64,000 nucleotides of DNA from Halorarum halobium (GTDB lineage: Archaea > Halobacteriota > Halobacteria > Halobacteriales > Haloferacaceae), in contig NZ_CP134949.1 in assembly GCF_032116555.1 (NCBI RefSeq), positions 2,232,001 to 2,296,000 on the forward strand, read 5' to 3'. Position 1 is the first letter of the stretch, and each line of letters begins with the position of its first letter. The notes under the pieces are model-generated. The model worked only from the letters and a program-made list of their open reading frames with translations, did not search any database and was not told the origin of the DNA. The position numbers were made by a program, and so were the translations under genes. Below, in pieces: positions 53,345-63,220 of this stretch.

Positions 53345-54208
53345 ATGAGCTCGCAGGTCAAATTCACCGACTTCAAGTCCGACAAGCAGCCGACGTGGTG
53401 CCCCGGGTGCGGGGACTTCGGCACGATGAACGGCATGATGAAGGGGCTGGCGGAGACGGGGAACGACCCCGACAACACCTTCGTCGTCGCCGGCATCGGC
53501 TGTTCGGGCAAGATCGGCACGTACATGCACAGCTACGCCATTCACGGCGTCCACGGCCGGGCGCTCCCGGTCGGCGCCGGCGTGAAGATGGCGAACCCGG
53601 AACTGGAAGTGATGGTCGCCGGCGGCGACGGCGACGGCTACTCCATCGGCGCGGGCCACTTCGTCCACGCGGTCCGGCGCAACGTGGACATGAGCTACGT
53701 CGTGATGGACAACCGCATCTACGGGCTCACCAAGGGCCAGGCCTCGCCCACCTCGCGCGAGGACTTCGAGACGGCGACGACGCCCGAAGGGCCGAAACAG
53801 CCCCCGGTCAACCCGCTCGCGCTCGCGCTCGCCTCCGGCGCGACGTTCATCGCCCAGTCGTTCTCCAGCGACGCCCTGCGTCACCAGGAGATCGTCCAGC
53901 AGGCGATCGAGCACGACGGGTTCGGCTTCGTCAACGTGTTCTCGCCCTGTGTGACGTTCAACGACGTGGACACGTACGACTACTTCCGCGACTCGCTGGT
54001 CGATCTGGCCGACACCGACTACGACGCCACGGACCGCGAGGCGGCAAAGGAGAAGGTCCTCGACGCGGACAAGGAGTACATGGGCGTCCTCTACCAGGAC
54101 GAGGACTCCGTGCCGTACGAGGCCCAGCACGGGCTCGACTCGCCGATGCACGAGGTCGACGACGGCGCGCCCGAGGGCGCGATGGACCTCGTTCGGGAGT
54201 TCTACTGA
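53345..54208 (+). CDS. korB: 2-oxoacid:ferredoxin oxidoreductase beta subunit
   Basis: WCPGCG, GIGCS, HGR, GDGD, DNRIYGLTKGQ, SPCVTFN. Confidence 0.93.
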   Translation: MSSQVKFTDFKSDKQPTWCPGCGDFGTMNGMMKGLAETGNDPDNTFVVAGIGCSGKIGTYMHSYAIHGVHGRALPVGAGVKMANPELEVMVAGGDGDGYSIGAGHFVHAVRRNVDMSYVVMDNRIYGLTKGQASPTSREDFETATTPEGPKQPPVNPLALALASGATFIAQSFSSDALRHQEIVQQAIEHDGFGFVNVFSPCVTFNDVDTYDYFRDSLVDLADTDYDATDREAAKEKVLDADKEYMGVLYQDEDSVPYEAQHGLDSPMHEVDDGAPEGAMDLVREFY

Positions 54209-54210
54209 AG

Positions 54211-54353
54211 GAACCTCTTTTCCGGAGGTCCTCCTCGCTCGCGCGCCGGAGGCGCGCTCGCTCGTCGAACCCCCGCAAAACCCGTTCATGCCAAAAGGCC
54301 GCGAGCAACGGTCGGCGCGGCTTCGCCGCGCCTCCCTCGCTCGCGGTGGGTAC
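54211..54353 (+). repeat. Left arm of an inverted structured repeat pair
   Basis: Starts GAACCTCTTTT; 27-bp core 54269-54295 is the exact reverse complement of 54594-54620. Confidence 0.9.
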
Positions 54354-54548
54354 CGGAATGACTGATCCCCTGATCGGGTTCGTCGCTCACCAGTTGTCTT
54401 CCTGCTATCTCCTCGGCCGGAGAACTGAACGTTTGCACTAGACACCCTTGCTTTTGTACCCCGTTCACGGAGAAGCTGCCGTGGCGTACGACGGCCGATG
54501 AGCATCCATCGCTACGATAGCAGGACCCCCAATGTCGCACCAGTAGTT

Positions 54549-54677
54549 GTACCGTGAGAGAGGGAGGCCGGAGGCCGACCGAGCGAGCGGCTCTTTGGCA
54601 TGAACGGGTTTTGCGGGGGTCTGGCCGCAGCGCTCGACGAAGTCGAGCGCGAGGACATGCCCCCGCAAAAGAGGTTC
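54549..54677 (-). repeat. Right arm of an inverted structured repeat pair
   Basis: Reverse complement starts GAACCTCTTTT, has the same 27-bp core and ends GTAC like the left arm. Confidence 0.9.
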
Positions 54678-54679
54678 GT

Positions 54680-55523
54680 TTACCGTTCCCGAACCACGAC
54701 GAACTCGGCGAGGTCCCGCAGGTAGCCCGACGCCTCGGAGTCCTCGATGGTCGCCGTCTCCAGGGCCTCCAGCGCGCGGGTCGGCCTCCTCGCGTGCCCG
54801 CTCGTCGGCCTCCTCGGGCGTCAGGTCCGTCACCTGGAGCAGCGACGGCCGGTCCACCGCCTCGTCCTGGCCGGTCGGCTTGCCGAGGTCCGCCGCGTCC
54901 GCGGTCGCGTCGAGCACGTCGTCGCGGATCTGGAAGGCGACCCCGACGCGCTCGGCGTACTCGCCGAACGACTCGACCGTGAACCCGTCGGCGCCCGCCG
55001 CGACCGCGCCGAGTTCCGCTGACGCGCGGAACAGCGCGCCGGTCTTCCGGCGGGCCAGTTCCATGTACTCCGCCTCGTTCGTCGGCCGGGCGACGAGTTC
55101 GGTCGCCTCGCCCTCGCCGAGTTCGACCATCGCCTCCGCGACGATCTGCATCGCCCGCTCGTCCCGCGAGAAGAGGCCGAACGCCTCGCCGAGCAGGCCG
55201 TCGGAGGCGACGATGGCGGGGCCGTAGCCGAACTCCGCCCAGGCGCTCGGCGTCCCCCGGCGCACCTCCGACCGGTCGATGATGTCGTCGACGACGAGCG
55301 AGGCGTTGTGGACGAGCTCCGCGCCGACCGCGAAGTCGACCGCCTCCGTCGGGTCGCCCCCGGCCGTCTCGCAGACGAGGAGCGTCACCGTCGGGCGGAC
55401 GCGCTTGCCGCCGGCGAGCGCGACGTGCTCCAGCTCCGCGGCGAGTGCGTCGGGCTCGACCGACTCGGCAACCTCGCCCAGCCGGTCGTTCACCATCACG
55501 ACCCGGCGCTCCAGGTACTCCAT
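54680..55523 (-). CDS. Polyprenyl diphosphate synthase (IdsA-like) with an apparent extra base near 54778-54780
   Basis: GGKRVRP, SLVVDDIID, KTGALF, FQIRDDVLD, GK; removing one base restores the C-terminus DRALEALE...LAEFVVVRER*. Confidence 0.88.
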
Positions 55524-55751
55524 TGCCCATGCTTCCGGGATGGCCCGGCAAGTACGTGACGGAACGTCCGGGCGGACTCGGACGAGCGGCCGCGGGCGAC
55601 CGGAACGAGCGACGAGAAGCTGAGCGAAACCAGGCGTAGGTTCATGTCCGAAGCCGTGGCCACGCCACCCCATGACCTGACCGACGCCGCGGGTCGGGCG
55701 AGGCCGGTGTACGGCGTCCCGCCCGCGGACCGTCTCGCCGTCTGTCAGCCC

Positions 55752-56468
55752 TCAACGGAGCGTCGCGCGGAGACACAGGGACGTCGGCTCCCGCGACACG
55801 CGCTCGTACGTCTCCGGGGATTTCTCGCGGAACCCCCCGGTCGGCGTCGCCTCGGAGACGCGGTCAAGCCGAAAGCCCGCTTCGAGCAGTGGGTTTAGCG
55901 CCGTCTCCAGCGGTCGGCGGTACGTCGGCACCTCGACCGGGTCGCCAAAGTCCTCCCAGACGGCGCTCACCGCCTCGACCGCGAAGTAGTCCTCCGGGTC
56001 GAAGAACGTCGCGTCCGCGAACGGGTGTCCGACCGAACAGACGAGAGTTCCGTCTGCCCGAAGTATCCGCGCGAGCTCCCCGAACAGCGGCGTCCAGTCC
56101 CGGACGTAGTCGAACGCCAGGGAGCCGTGGACGACGTCGAACGAACCGTCAGGAAACGGGAGGGGGCCGCCGAGGTCCGCACGGAGCAGCGACGCGTCCC
56201 CGTCGATGCGGCCCCAGGCGTGCCGGAGCATCGCCGGACTCACGTCGAGACCGACTACCTCGGTGCCGGCCGCCAGCAGTTCGGCGGTCGTGATGCCGGG
56301 ACCACAGCCGGCATCGAGAACTCGTTTCCCGTCCAGATCCGGGAGTAGCTCCCGCGTTTCCGGGCGTTCGAGGTCGGCGTTGAACGGCTTCGTCGGCGCG
56401 CGTTCGGCGTAGGCGTCCGCGAGCCGCTCGTAGGCTTCGAGCGCCCGCGGTCGCTCCTCGTCAGTCAT
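55752..56468 (-). CDS. Class I SAM-dependent methyltransferase
   Basis: VLDAGCGPG, GLDVS, LPFPDGSFD. Confidence 0.9.
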   Translation of the reverse strand: MTDEERPRALEAYERLADAYAERAPTKPFNADLERPETRELLPDLDGKRVLDAGCGPGITTAELLAAGTEVVGLDVSPAMLRHAWGRIDGDASLLRADLGGPLPFPDGSFDVVHGSLAFDYVRDWTPLFGELARILRADGTLVCSVGHPFADATFFDPEDYFAVEAVSAVWEDFGDPVEVPTYRRPLETALNPLLEAGFRLDRVSEATPTGGFREKSPETYERVSREPTSLCLRATLR

Positions 56469-56586
56469 GACTTCCCTGCGCGATCGGGGATGAAAACGGC
56501 GTCGGGCGACGAGCCCGACGGATCGCGGCGGGGTCGGTGGGCGACGCTCGGTTCCGCGGTCGGCGACGGTCGACGCCCGCCCCCGG

Positions 56587-57543
56587 CTACTCGAACTGTT
56601 CGATGAGCGCCGGTACCACGTCGAACAGGTCGCCGACGACGCCGTAGTCGGCGATGTCGAAGATGGGCGCGTTCGGGTCCGTGTTCACCGCGACGATGGT
56701 CTCGGCCCCCTTCATCCCGGCGACGTGCTGGACGGCCCCGGAGATGCCGATCGCCAGGTAGACGTCCGGCGTCACCTGCTTGCCGGACTGGCCGACCTGC
56801 CGATTCTTCGGGAGCCAGCCGTTGTCGACGATGGGCCGCGACGAGGACAGCGTCGCGCCCGTGGCGTCGACGAGGTCGCGGATGAGATCGAGGTTCTCCT
56901 CCTCCTCGATGCCGCGGCCGATGGAGACGAGGAAGTCCGCGTCCGCGATGTCGACGTCGCCGCCGCCGACCTCCTCGAACCCGGTCACGCGCGAGCCCGC
57001 CGCGTCGGCGTCGAACTCGTAGTCGAACGGTTCGACCGCCGCCTCGCCCGTCCCCTCCGTCGGTGCCCACTCGCCGCCGCGGACGGTGACGGCGAACTGC
57101 TCGGCGTCGACCGTGACGGTCGTCTCGACCTTCGAACCGTACATCTCGCGGGTCGCCTCGAGGCCGCCGTCGTAGGCGAAGTCGATGGCGTCGGAGACGT
57201 ACGGCAGTTCCAGCGCGTTCGCGACCGCCGGCGCGTAGTCGAGGCCGTTCACCGAGTTCGGCATGAGCAGCGCAGTCGGGTCGATCTCGGCGAACAGCGC
57301 CTCGAGCGCCCCGGCGTAGAGGTCGTGGTTGAACTCCGCGCCGTCGTCGACGGTGTCAATCGTGTCCACGCCGTCCAGGTTCAGCGTCTCCGCGAAGCCG
57401 TCCACGTCGCCGGCGATGACGGCGAGGTGGAGGTCGCCACCCATCTCGGCGGCGAGTTCGCGGCCCGCGGTGACGACCTCGAAGGTCACGTCCCGGAGCT
57501 CCCCGCGCCGGTGCTCAGCGACGGCGAGCACGTCGGAACTCAT
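56587..57543 (-). CDS. etfA: Electron transfer flavoprotein alpha subunit
   Basis: SIGRG, SSRP, QVGQSGK, GISGAVQHVAG, NTDPNAPIF. Confidence 0.96.
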   Translation of the reverse strand: MSSDVLAVAEHRRGELRDVTFEVVTAGRELAAEMGGDLHLAVIAGDVDGFAETLNLDGVDTIDTVDDGAEFNHDLYAGALEALFAEIDPTALLMPNSVNGLDYAPAVANALELPYVSDAIDFAYDGGLEATREMYGSKVETTVTVDAEQFAVTVRGGEWAPTEGTGEAAVEPFDYEFDADAAGSRVTGFEEVGGGDVDIADADFLVSIGRGIEEEENLDLIRDLVDATGATLSSSRPIVDNGWLPKNRQVGQSGKQVTPDVYLAIGISGAVQHVAGMKGAETIVAVNTDPNAPIFDIADYGVVGDLFDVVPALIEQFE

Positions 57544-58331
57544 TCGCCGACCACCCCCTTCTCGCGGAGCATGTCGGCGAGTTGGCTGGCCTGGTCACCG
57601 GCGTCGCCCTCGAAGTAGGTCGCGTCTGACTCGGTCTCGGGCTCGTACATGCTCGTCCGTTCGATGGGCGAGGCGACCGCGTCGGTGTCGAGACCCAGGT
57701 CATCGAGCGTCATCGGCGCGATTTCCTTCGACTGGGCCTGCCGGATGCCGCGCAGGCTGGCGTAGCGCGGCTCGTTCAGGCCGGTCTGAATCGTGAGCAC
57801 CGCGGGGAGGTCGACGTCGGTCAGCTCCTCGACGCCGCCTTCCAGTTCGCGGTGGACGCTGGCCGTCGAGAAGTCCTCCGACATGTCGAGCGCGTTGACG
57901 ACCGCCGCCCACTCGAAACCGAGCTCGTCCGCGAGGGCGACGCCGGTCGCGCCGAAGCCGTCGTCGTTGGCCTGCACCCCCGAGAGGATCAGGTCCGGGT
58001 CCTCCTCGTCGGCGACCGCGGCGAGCAGTCGTGCCTTCGCGGCGACGTCGAGGTCGGCGGCCGCGACATCGTCGTCCCAGACGCGAACGGCCCGGTCTGC
58101 ACCCTTCGCCAGCGCCATCCTGATGGTCTCTTCGCTCCGCTCGGGGCCGATCGTCACGGAGACGACCTCGACGTCGTCGAACGCCTCCGAGAGCTGCACG
58201 CCGGCCTCGATGGCGTAATCGTCCCACTCGTTGAGGTCGTACTCGAGGTACTGCTCCCCGACGTCGAGCCCGTCGATCTCGAAGTCGTCGGCCGCCTCCG
58301 CGACTTCCTTGACGGTGACGAGAACTTTCAT
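57540..58331 (-). CDS. etfB: Electron transfer flavoprotein beta subunit
   Basis: MKVLVTVKEV, NEWDDYAIE, ALAKGAD, NEPRYASL. Confidence 0.96.
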   Translation of the reverse strand: MKVLVTVKEVAEAADDFEIDGLDVGEQYLEYDLNEWDDYAIEAGVQLSEAFDDVEVVSVTIGPERSEETIRMALAKGADRAVRVWDDDVAAADLDVAAKARLLAAVADEEDPDLILSGVQANDDGFGATGVALADELGFEWAAVVNALDMSEDFSTASVHRELEGGVEELTDVDLPAVLTIQTGLNEPRYASLRGIRQAQSKEIAPMTLDDLGLDTDAVASPIERTSMYEPETESDATYFEGDAGDQASQLADMLREKGVVGE

Positions 58332-58503
58332 CGTCCGTCGATTGCTCCGGTCGGCGCTAAATCCTTTCGAAACCCCGCACACGCCGTTCCGGATTGTCGG
58401 GGGAACCGTCGAACGGATCGGCCAGCCTACCGGGGACGATTCGACCGTCCTCGACGACCCGGATCGCCTCCCGCTTCCATCACGACCGACCGACGCCGAC
58501 GGC

Positions 58504-59700
58504 TCAGACGCCGTTACCGCGCGGACCCTCGTCCTCGTCGCCGTCCGGGAGCGAGATGAGGTTCTCGCGGCCGAGCCTGAGTTTCTCGACGTCGCCGTCA
58601 TCGGCCATCGTCGAGAGCAACTGCGACACCTTCGCGTCCGACCAGCCGGTCTCCGAGACGATGTCAGCCTGTCGCATCCGCCCGCCGTTCCTGTCGAGCA
58701 GCCGTTCGACCCGTTCCTCGTCGGAGAGGAGTTCCGGGTCGGGCTCCGGGTTCGACGCGGCCGCACCGCCCCCCTCTGCAGCGACGGCGTCCTCGGTTCC
58801 GCCGTTCGTCGCGTCGCCCCCGACCGCGGCCACGCCGTCACCGTCCACCGACCCGGCCGGCGGATCGCCGGCGGTCGTCCGCTCGTCCGCGGTCCCGGCC
58901 GTTCCCGGCCGGCGGCGCGAAAGGAGATACGCCCCGACGACGAGCACCCCGAGCAGGAGCGCCGAACCGATCAGGAACTGCGTGTCCTGCCAGAACGGTG
59001 CCTCCTCCTCGGAGCCGGTGAACGTGACCGAGATGTCGCCCGCGGCGAACGTGTACGGCTCGGTGACGACGATGTTTCGGCTCACGAGGCGGTAGTTCGC
59101 CTCGATCGAGATGTCCGGTGCGGTGTACCCGGGTGGCGGCTGGATGACCAGCCGCTGACCCGACTGGAGCGTCCGGAACCAGGTCTCCTCGGGACCCGTG
59201 ACGAACACGTCGCCGAGAACGAGGGTCCCGTTCTCGGTCCGTTCGAGGAAGTTCGTCCACGTGAACCGGAGGCGGAGCACGCCGGTCGTCTCGTTTCGCA
59301 GCCCCGCCGTGTAGTTCACGTTCCGAATCCGCATCTCCCGGCCCGTGTGTTCGGCCGCAACCACGGCCGCGTTCCGGAACACGTCGGTCGACGGGCCCGT
59401 CTCCGACCCGTCGTCACGGTACCCGTCGGCGTACGCCTCGAACGCCTCCCGCGATTCCGGGTCCTCGAGTCGGTACTCGACCCCGACCGTCCAGCGTGCG
59501 TTTCCGTTCTCCCGCAGCGAGATGTTGAACGTCGTCGTGCTGTCGTCGAACGGGGTGGCCGTGTCGCCGAACTGGGACGGGGCCGTCACCCGTCCCGGGT
59601 CGCTTGCGGCCCCGGGACCGGCGTCCGCCGGGAGCGTCGCGGCGGCCGGCACTGGTGCGAGGAGGCACAGAACCGCGAGGAGGAGGGCAACGTGCCGCAT
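58504..59700 (-). CDS. Membrane-anchored protein: signal peptide, extracellular domain, TM, C-terminal wHTH
   Basis: C-terminal LLSDEERV...GGRMRQADIVSETGWSDAKVSQLLS...KLRLGREN. Confidence 0.85.
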   Translation of the reverse strand: MRHVALLLAVLCLLAPVPAAATLPADAGPGAASDPGRVTAPSQFGDTATPFDDSTTTFNISLRENGNARWTVGVEYRLEDPESREAFEAYADGYRDDGSETGPSTDVFRNAAVVAAEHTGREMRIRNVNYTAGLRNETTGVLRLRFTWTNFLERTENGTLVLGDVFVTGPEETWFRTLQSGQRLVIQPPPGYTAPDISIEANYRLVSRNIVVTEPYTFAAGDISVTFTGSEEEAPFWQDTQFLIGSALLLGVLVVGAYLLSRRRPGTAGTADERTTAGDPPAGSVDGDGVAAVGGDATNGGTEDAVAAEGGGAAASNPEPDPELLSDEERVERLLDRNGGRMRQADIVSETGWSDAKVSQLLSTMADDGDVEKLRLGRENLISLPDGDEDEGPRGNGV

Positions 59701-59805
59701 TCATCGCCTGAGTCACGGCCGCGCACCTAAACGCTTTCCATGCGGGAGTCGGGCTCACGCTCGGTTCGCTCGGTTTTTTAGTGTTGGCGGCGAAAGCCGC
59801 GCTCG

Positions 59806-61107
59806 ATGAGAACAGCCCCCGTCGTTCTTACCCTCCTCCTGGTCTGTGCCGCCGCCGCGGGCGCCGCCGGGACCGGCGGCCCCGGGGCCGTCGAGGCGAC
59901 CACACCGACCGCCGAGCAGGCCCCCCCGGAGCCGGTGCCGACCGCAGTGACCGCCGTGGCGAACGGGACGGACGTGACGAACCGGACCCACGTGCTCTCG
60001 ATCCCGAGCGAGAACGTCACGAACGCCCGCATCGACGAGGCCCGCATCGACGCCGGCCTGGCGGTCGGGGTCGAGGTGAACACCTCCGCCGAGCGGATGG
60101 AAACCATCGCCCTCCGGCAACGCATCACCGCCGCGGAAACCAACGACGAGCGCCAGCGGCGCGTCCTCGACGGGATGAACGAGCTGGAAAAACGGGTCGT
60201 CACCCTCCGAACGGAGCACCGAACCGCCATCGAAGGCTACGCGAGCGGGGAGCTCGGCACCCGCGAACTCCTCGCCGAACTCGCCCGAATCAAGGCCGAG
60301 TCCGACGCGCTCGAACGGCGACTGGCGGTTCTCGAGGAACTGGCCAGCGAGACCGAGGGGAGCACGCTCGACAGCGACCGCATCCCGGCGCTCGCCTTCC
60401 AGCTTCGTGCCTTCGACGGCCCGGTCCGGGATCGGGCGCTCCAAGCCAGTAGCGGCGAGGCTCCGCCGACGCGCATCTACGTCGCGGCGAGCGAGGACGG
60501 CGTCGTACTCTCGACGGTCATCGACGGCCAGTACGTCCGAGAGGTGTATCGCGGTGACCTCCGGAGCCTGCAGAGTGGAACCGTGGCCATGGCGGAGAAC
60601 GTCACCGCCAGAAGCTACCCCGCGATCTGGGCGGCCTCTACCAACCCGAGCGGAACCGGTTCCGGTTCGACGCACATCGTCGACGTGCCGTACGCCACCG
60701 GGAACCTCACGGCGTTCGTCGACGGCGGGAGCGAACGCGTGTTCAAGGAGTACCAGCGGATCCGGCTGGCGAACGTGACCGGCGGCGAGGTCCGGGAGCG
60801 AACGATCGACCTGACCGTTCGCGTCAACCGGACGTACGCCGGCGGGCCGCTCCGGATCGAAGTGCTCGACCCCGGGACCGGCGATCCGATCGACGCGTCC
60901 GTGCGGATCGCGGCCGGCAACGAGGGGAGCGTCGACGTCGGCACGACCGGGGAGGACGGCGTCCTCTGGACGGTCGCGCCCCGCGGGACGTTCGTGGTCA
61001 CCGCCATTCAGGAGGGGTCGAACGACCTCTCGACGGTCGAGATCACCTCGACCGAACCCGTGTCCGTGGCGGAGGCGTACGGATCGAACGACAGCGGCGA
61101 CGACTGA
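59806..61107 (+). CDS. Secreted hypothetical protein with coiled-coil and beta-rich domains
   Basis: Sec-type signal peptide, central helical region, several NxT sequons. Confidence 0.8.
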   Translation: MRTAPVVLTLLLVCAAAAGAAGTGGPGAVEATTPTAEQAPPEPVPTAVTAVANGTDVTNRTHVLSIPSENVTNARIDEARIDAGLAVGVEVNTSAERMETIALRQRITAAETNDERQRRVLDGMNELEKRVVTLRTEHRTAIEGYASGELGTRELLAELARIKAESDALERRLAVLEELASETEGSTLDSDRIPALAFQLRAFDGPVRDRALQASSGEAPPTRIYVAASEDGVVLSTVIDGQYVREVYRGDLRSLQSGTVAMAENVTARSYPAIWAASTNPSGTGSGSTHIVDVPYATGNLTAFVDGGSERVFKEYQRIRLANVTGGEVRERTIDLTVRVNRTYAGGPLRIEVLDPGTGDPIDASVRIAAGNEGSVDVGTTGEDGVLWTVAPRGTFVVTAIQEGSNDLSTVEITSTEPVSVAEAYGSNDSGDD

Positions 61108-61149
61108 ACCGGGCGAACGCTTTTGGCCGATGACGGGACCAGCCTGCCC

Positions 61150-61611
61150 GTGTCGTCACGCGCATCCGCACCGGCGGTCGGCATCGCGCTGCTCCTGCTG
61201 GTCGCCGTCGGGCTCTCCGCGACGGTCGGCGCGGCGGCCTTCGGCGTCGCCGGGACGCCGGCCGACCCCGCACCGGTCGCCAGCCTCTCGCTTGCGATCG
61301 ACGACGGGGCGCTGGTGTTCGAGCACGGCGGCGGCGACACGCTCGACGTCCGGACCCTCCACCTCCGCGTCTCGGTGGCGAACGAGGAACTCACCCACCA
61401 GCCGCCGATTCCGTTCTTCGCCGCACGGGGGTTCGTGTCCGGTCCGACCGGCCCGTTCAACGTCGCGGATGATCCCCGCTGGAGCGCCGGCGAGCGTGCC
61501 CGAGTCGAGCCGGCGGGGACGAACGAACCGGCCATCAGACCCGGCGTGACGGTCACGGTTGACGTGTACGTCGACGCCCACAGGCTCGTCCGACTTACCG
61601 CCATCGCGTGA
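61150..61611 (+). CDS. Archaeal type IV pilin-like protein (DUF1628-like)
   Basis: RA/SAPAVGIALLLLVAV class III-like signal; EHGGGDTLDV; start GTG 61150 inferred. Confidence 0.82.
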   Translation: MSSRASAPAVGIALLLLVAVGLSATVGAAAFGVAGTPADPAPVASLSLAIDDGALVFEHGGGDTLDVRTLHLRVSVANEELTHQPPIPFFAARGFVSGPTGPFNVADDPRWSAGERARVEPAGTNEPAIRPGVTVTVDVYVDAHRLVRLTAIA

Positions 61612-61656
61612 CCGGTGCACGGATCCGGGGGAGAAGAGTCGAGCGGTGGCCGCCAG

Positions 61657-62340
61657 TCAGTCGCCCGCCGACGCGTCGATCCGATCGGCCTCCGCGTCGC
61701 TCGCCCGCGCCGCCACGTCGCCATCGGGGACGGTTGCGACGGTCGTGATCGCGCGCGGAGCGCCGACGTGTCGCTGCTGGATGTAGTGGTTCATCTCCGA
61801 AAAGCCCGCCCCACGGAACATGCGTTCCGCCTCCTCGGCGTCGTAGAACAGCATGATCGCGTCCGCGAGCTTCTGGAACGGCTTCGTCTTCGGGTAGTCC
61901 GGGCCGACGACGAGGACGGTTCCGCCCGGCTTCGTGACCCGTCTGAACTCCGCGAGCGCGTCGACGGGGTTCGGCCAGTACTCGATCGAGCCGGACGACC
62001 AGAGCTTGTCGAAGCTGTCGTCCGCGAACGGGAGCCGCTCGGCGTCCCCGCGGTAGAACCGGACCTTGCCGCGCTTGCCGAACTTGGCGAACGCCCGCTC
62101 CATCTGGTCCATCGACTGGTCGAGCGCGTGGACCTCGTCGACGTGGTTGAGCAGCCCCTCCGTGGCGAAACCGGTGCCCGAGCCGACGTCGAGCACCCGG
62201 TCGTCGCGGTCCGCGTCGAACCAGTCGAGCGCCCGGTTGCGCATCCGGTCGTCCCAGATGTACGGGTTGACCGTGTCGTAGACCCTGGAGAGGTACTTGT
62301 AGAACAGGCGGGCGCGCGCCTTGTTCTCGAGGATTCCCAT
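61657..62340 (-). CDS. UbiE/MenG-like SAM-dependent methyltransferase
   Basis: VLDVGSGTG, GDAERLPF, SSGSIEYWP, KPGG. Confidence 0.88.
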   Translation of the reverse strand: MGILENKARARLFYKYLSRVYDTVNPYIWDDRMRNRALDWFDADRDDRVLDVGSGTGFATEGLLNHVDEVHALDQSMDQMERAFAKFGKRGKVRFYRGDAERLPFADDSFDKLWSSGSIEYWPNPVDALAEFRRVTKPGGTVLVVGPDYPKTKPFQKLADAIMLFYDAEEAERMFRGAGFSEMNHYIQQRHVGAPRAITTVATVPDGDVAARASDAEADRIDASAGD

Positions 62341-62475
62341 TACCCGTTCGTTCCGACCGGCCGGTCATAATCCCAACGGGTTCCGAGCGACCGTCGGGCG
62401 TACCACGCCGTCCTGCGACTAGATCCGCCGGCGTCGAACTCGGGGGTACAAGTCGCCCGCGTCCCCAGCACCGGC

Positions 62476-63195
62476 ATGAAGCTATCGGAGGCGACCTGGA
62501 CCGACGTTCGGGACGCCGCGCCCGACGCCGCGCTGCTCCCGGTCGGGAGCACGGAACAGCACGGTCCGCACGCGCCGCTCGGGACCGACTCGCTGACCGC
62601 CGAGGCCGTCGCCGCGGCCGCGACGGAGCAGCCCGGAGACGACGTCGTCGTCGCACCGCCGGTCCACGTCGGCGTCGCCGAGGAGCACCGCGCGTTCGAC
62701 GGCACGCTCTGGGTGTCGCCCGACACCTTTCGTGCCTACGTCCGCGAGACGGTCGAGAGCCTCGCCCACCACGGCATCGACCGCGTCGTGCTGGTGAACG
62801 GCCACGGCGGCAACGTCGAGGCGCTCGCGGAGGTCGCACGCCGGGCGTCCCGGGACGGGACGACCGACGCCTACGCCGTCGCGTTCACCTGGTTCGAGGC
62901 CGTCGGCGAGCACGCCTCGGAGATGGGTCACGGCGGGAAACTGGAGACCGCAATGCTCCAGCACGTCGCGCCGGAGCTGGTCCGTGAGGACCGCGTCGAT
63001 GCGGCCCGAAACGGAGGGAGCGACCGCTGGGGCGAGTGGGTTCGCGGGGTCAACCTCGCACACGACAGCGACGAGTTCAGCGACAACGGGGTCGTCGGCG
63101 ATCCGGGTGCGGGTGACGCGGAACTGGGCGAGGAGCTGCTGGACCGCGCGAGCGACGCGCTCGTGGAGGTGCTCGCCGCGGTACGGGAACGGTAG
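62476..63195 (+). CDS. Creatininase-family amidohydrolase
   Basis: PVGSTEQHGPHAPLGTD, NGHGGN, HGGKLET, GVVGDP. Confidence 0.92.
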   Translation: MKLSEATWTDVRDAAPDAALLPVGSTEQHGPHAPLGTDSLTAEAVAAAATEQPGDDVVVAPPVHVGVAEEHRAFDGTLWVSPDTFRAYVRETVESLAHHGIDRVVLVNGHGGNVEALAEVARRASRDGTTDAYAVAFTWFEAVGEHASEMGHGGKLETAMLQHVAPELVREDRVDAARNGGSDRWGEWVRGVNLAHDSDEFSDNGVVGDPGAGDAELGEELLDRASDALVEVLAAVRER

Positions 63196-63220
63196 GCGAG
63201 CGCGTCGGTCAGTTCCCGCC

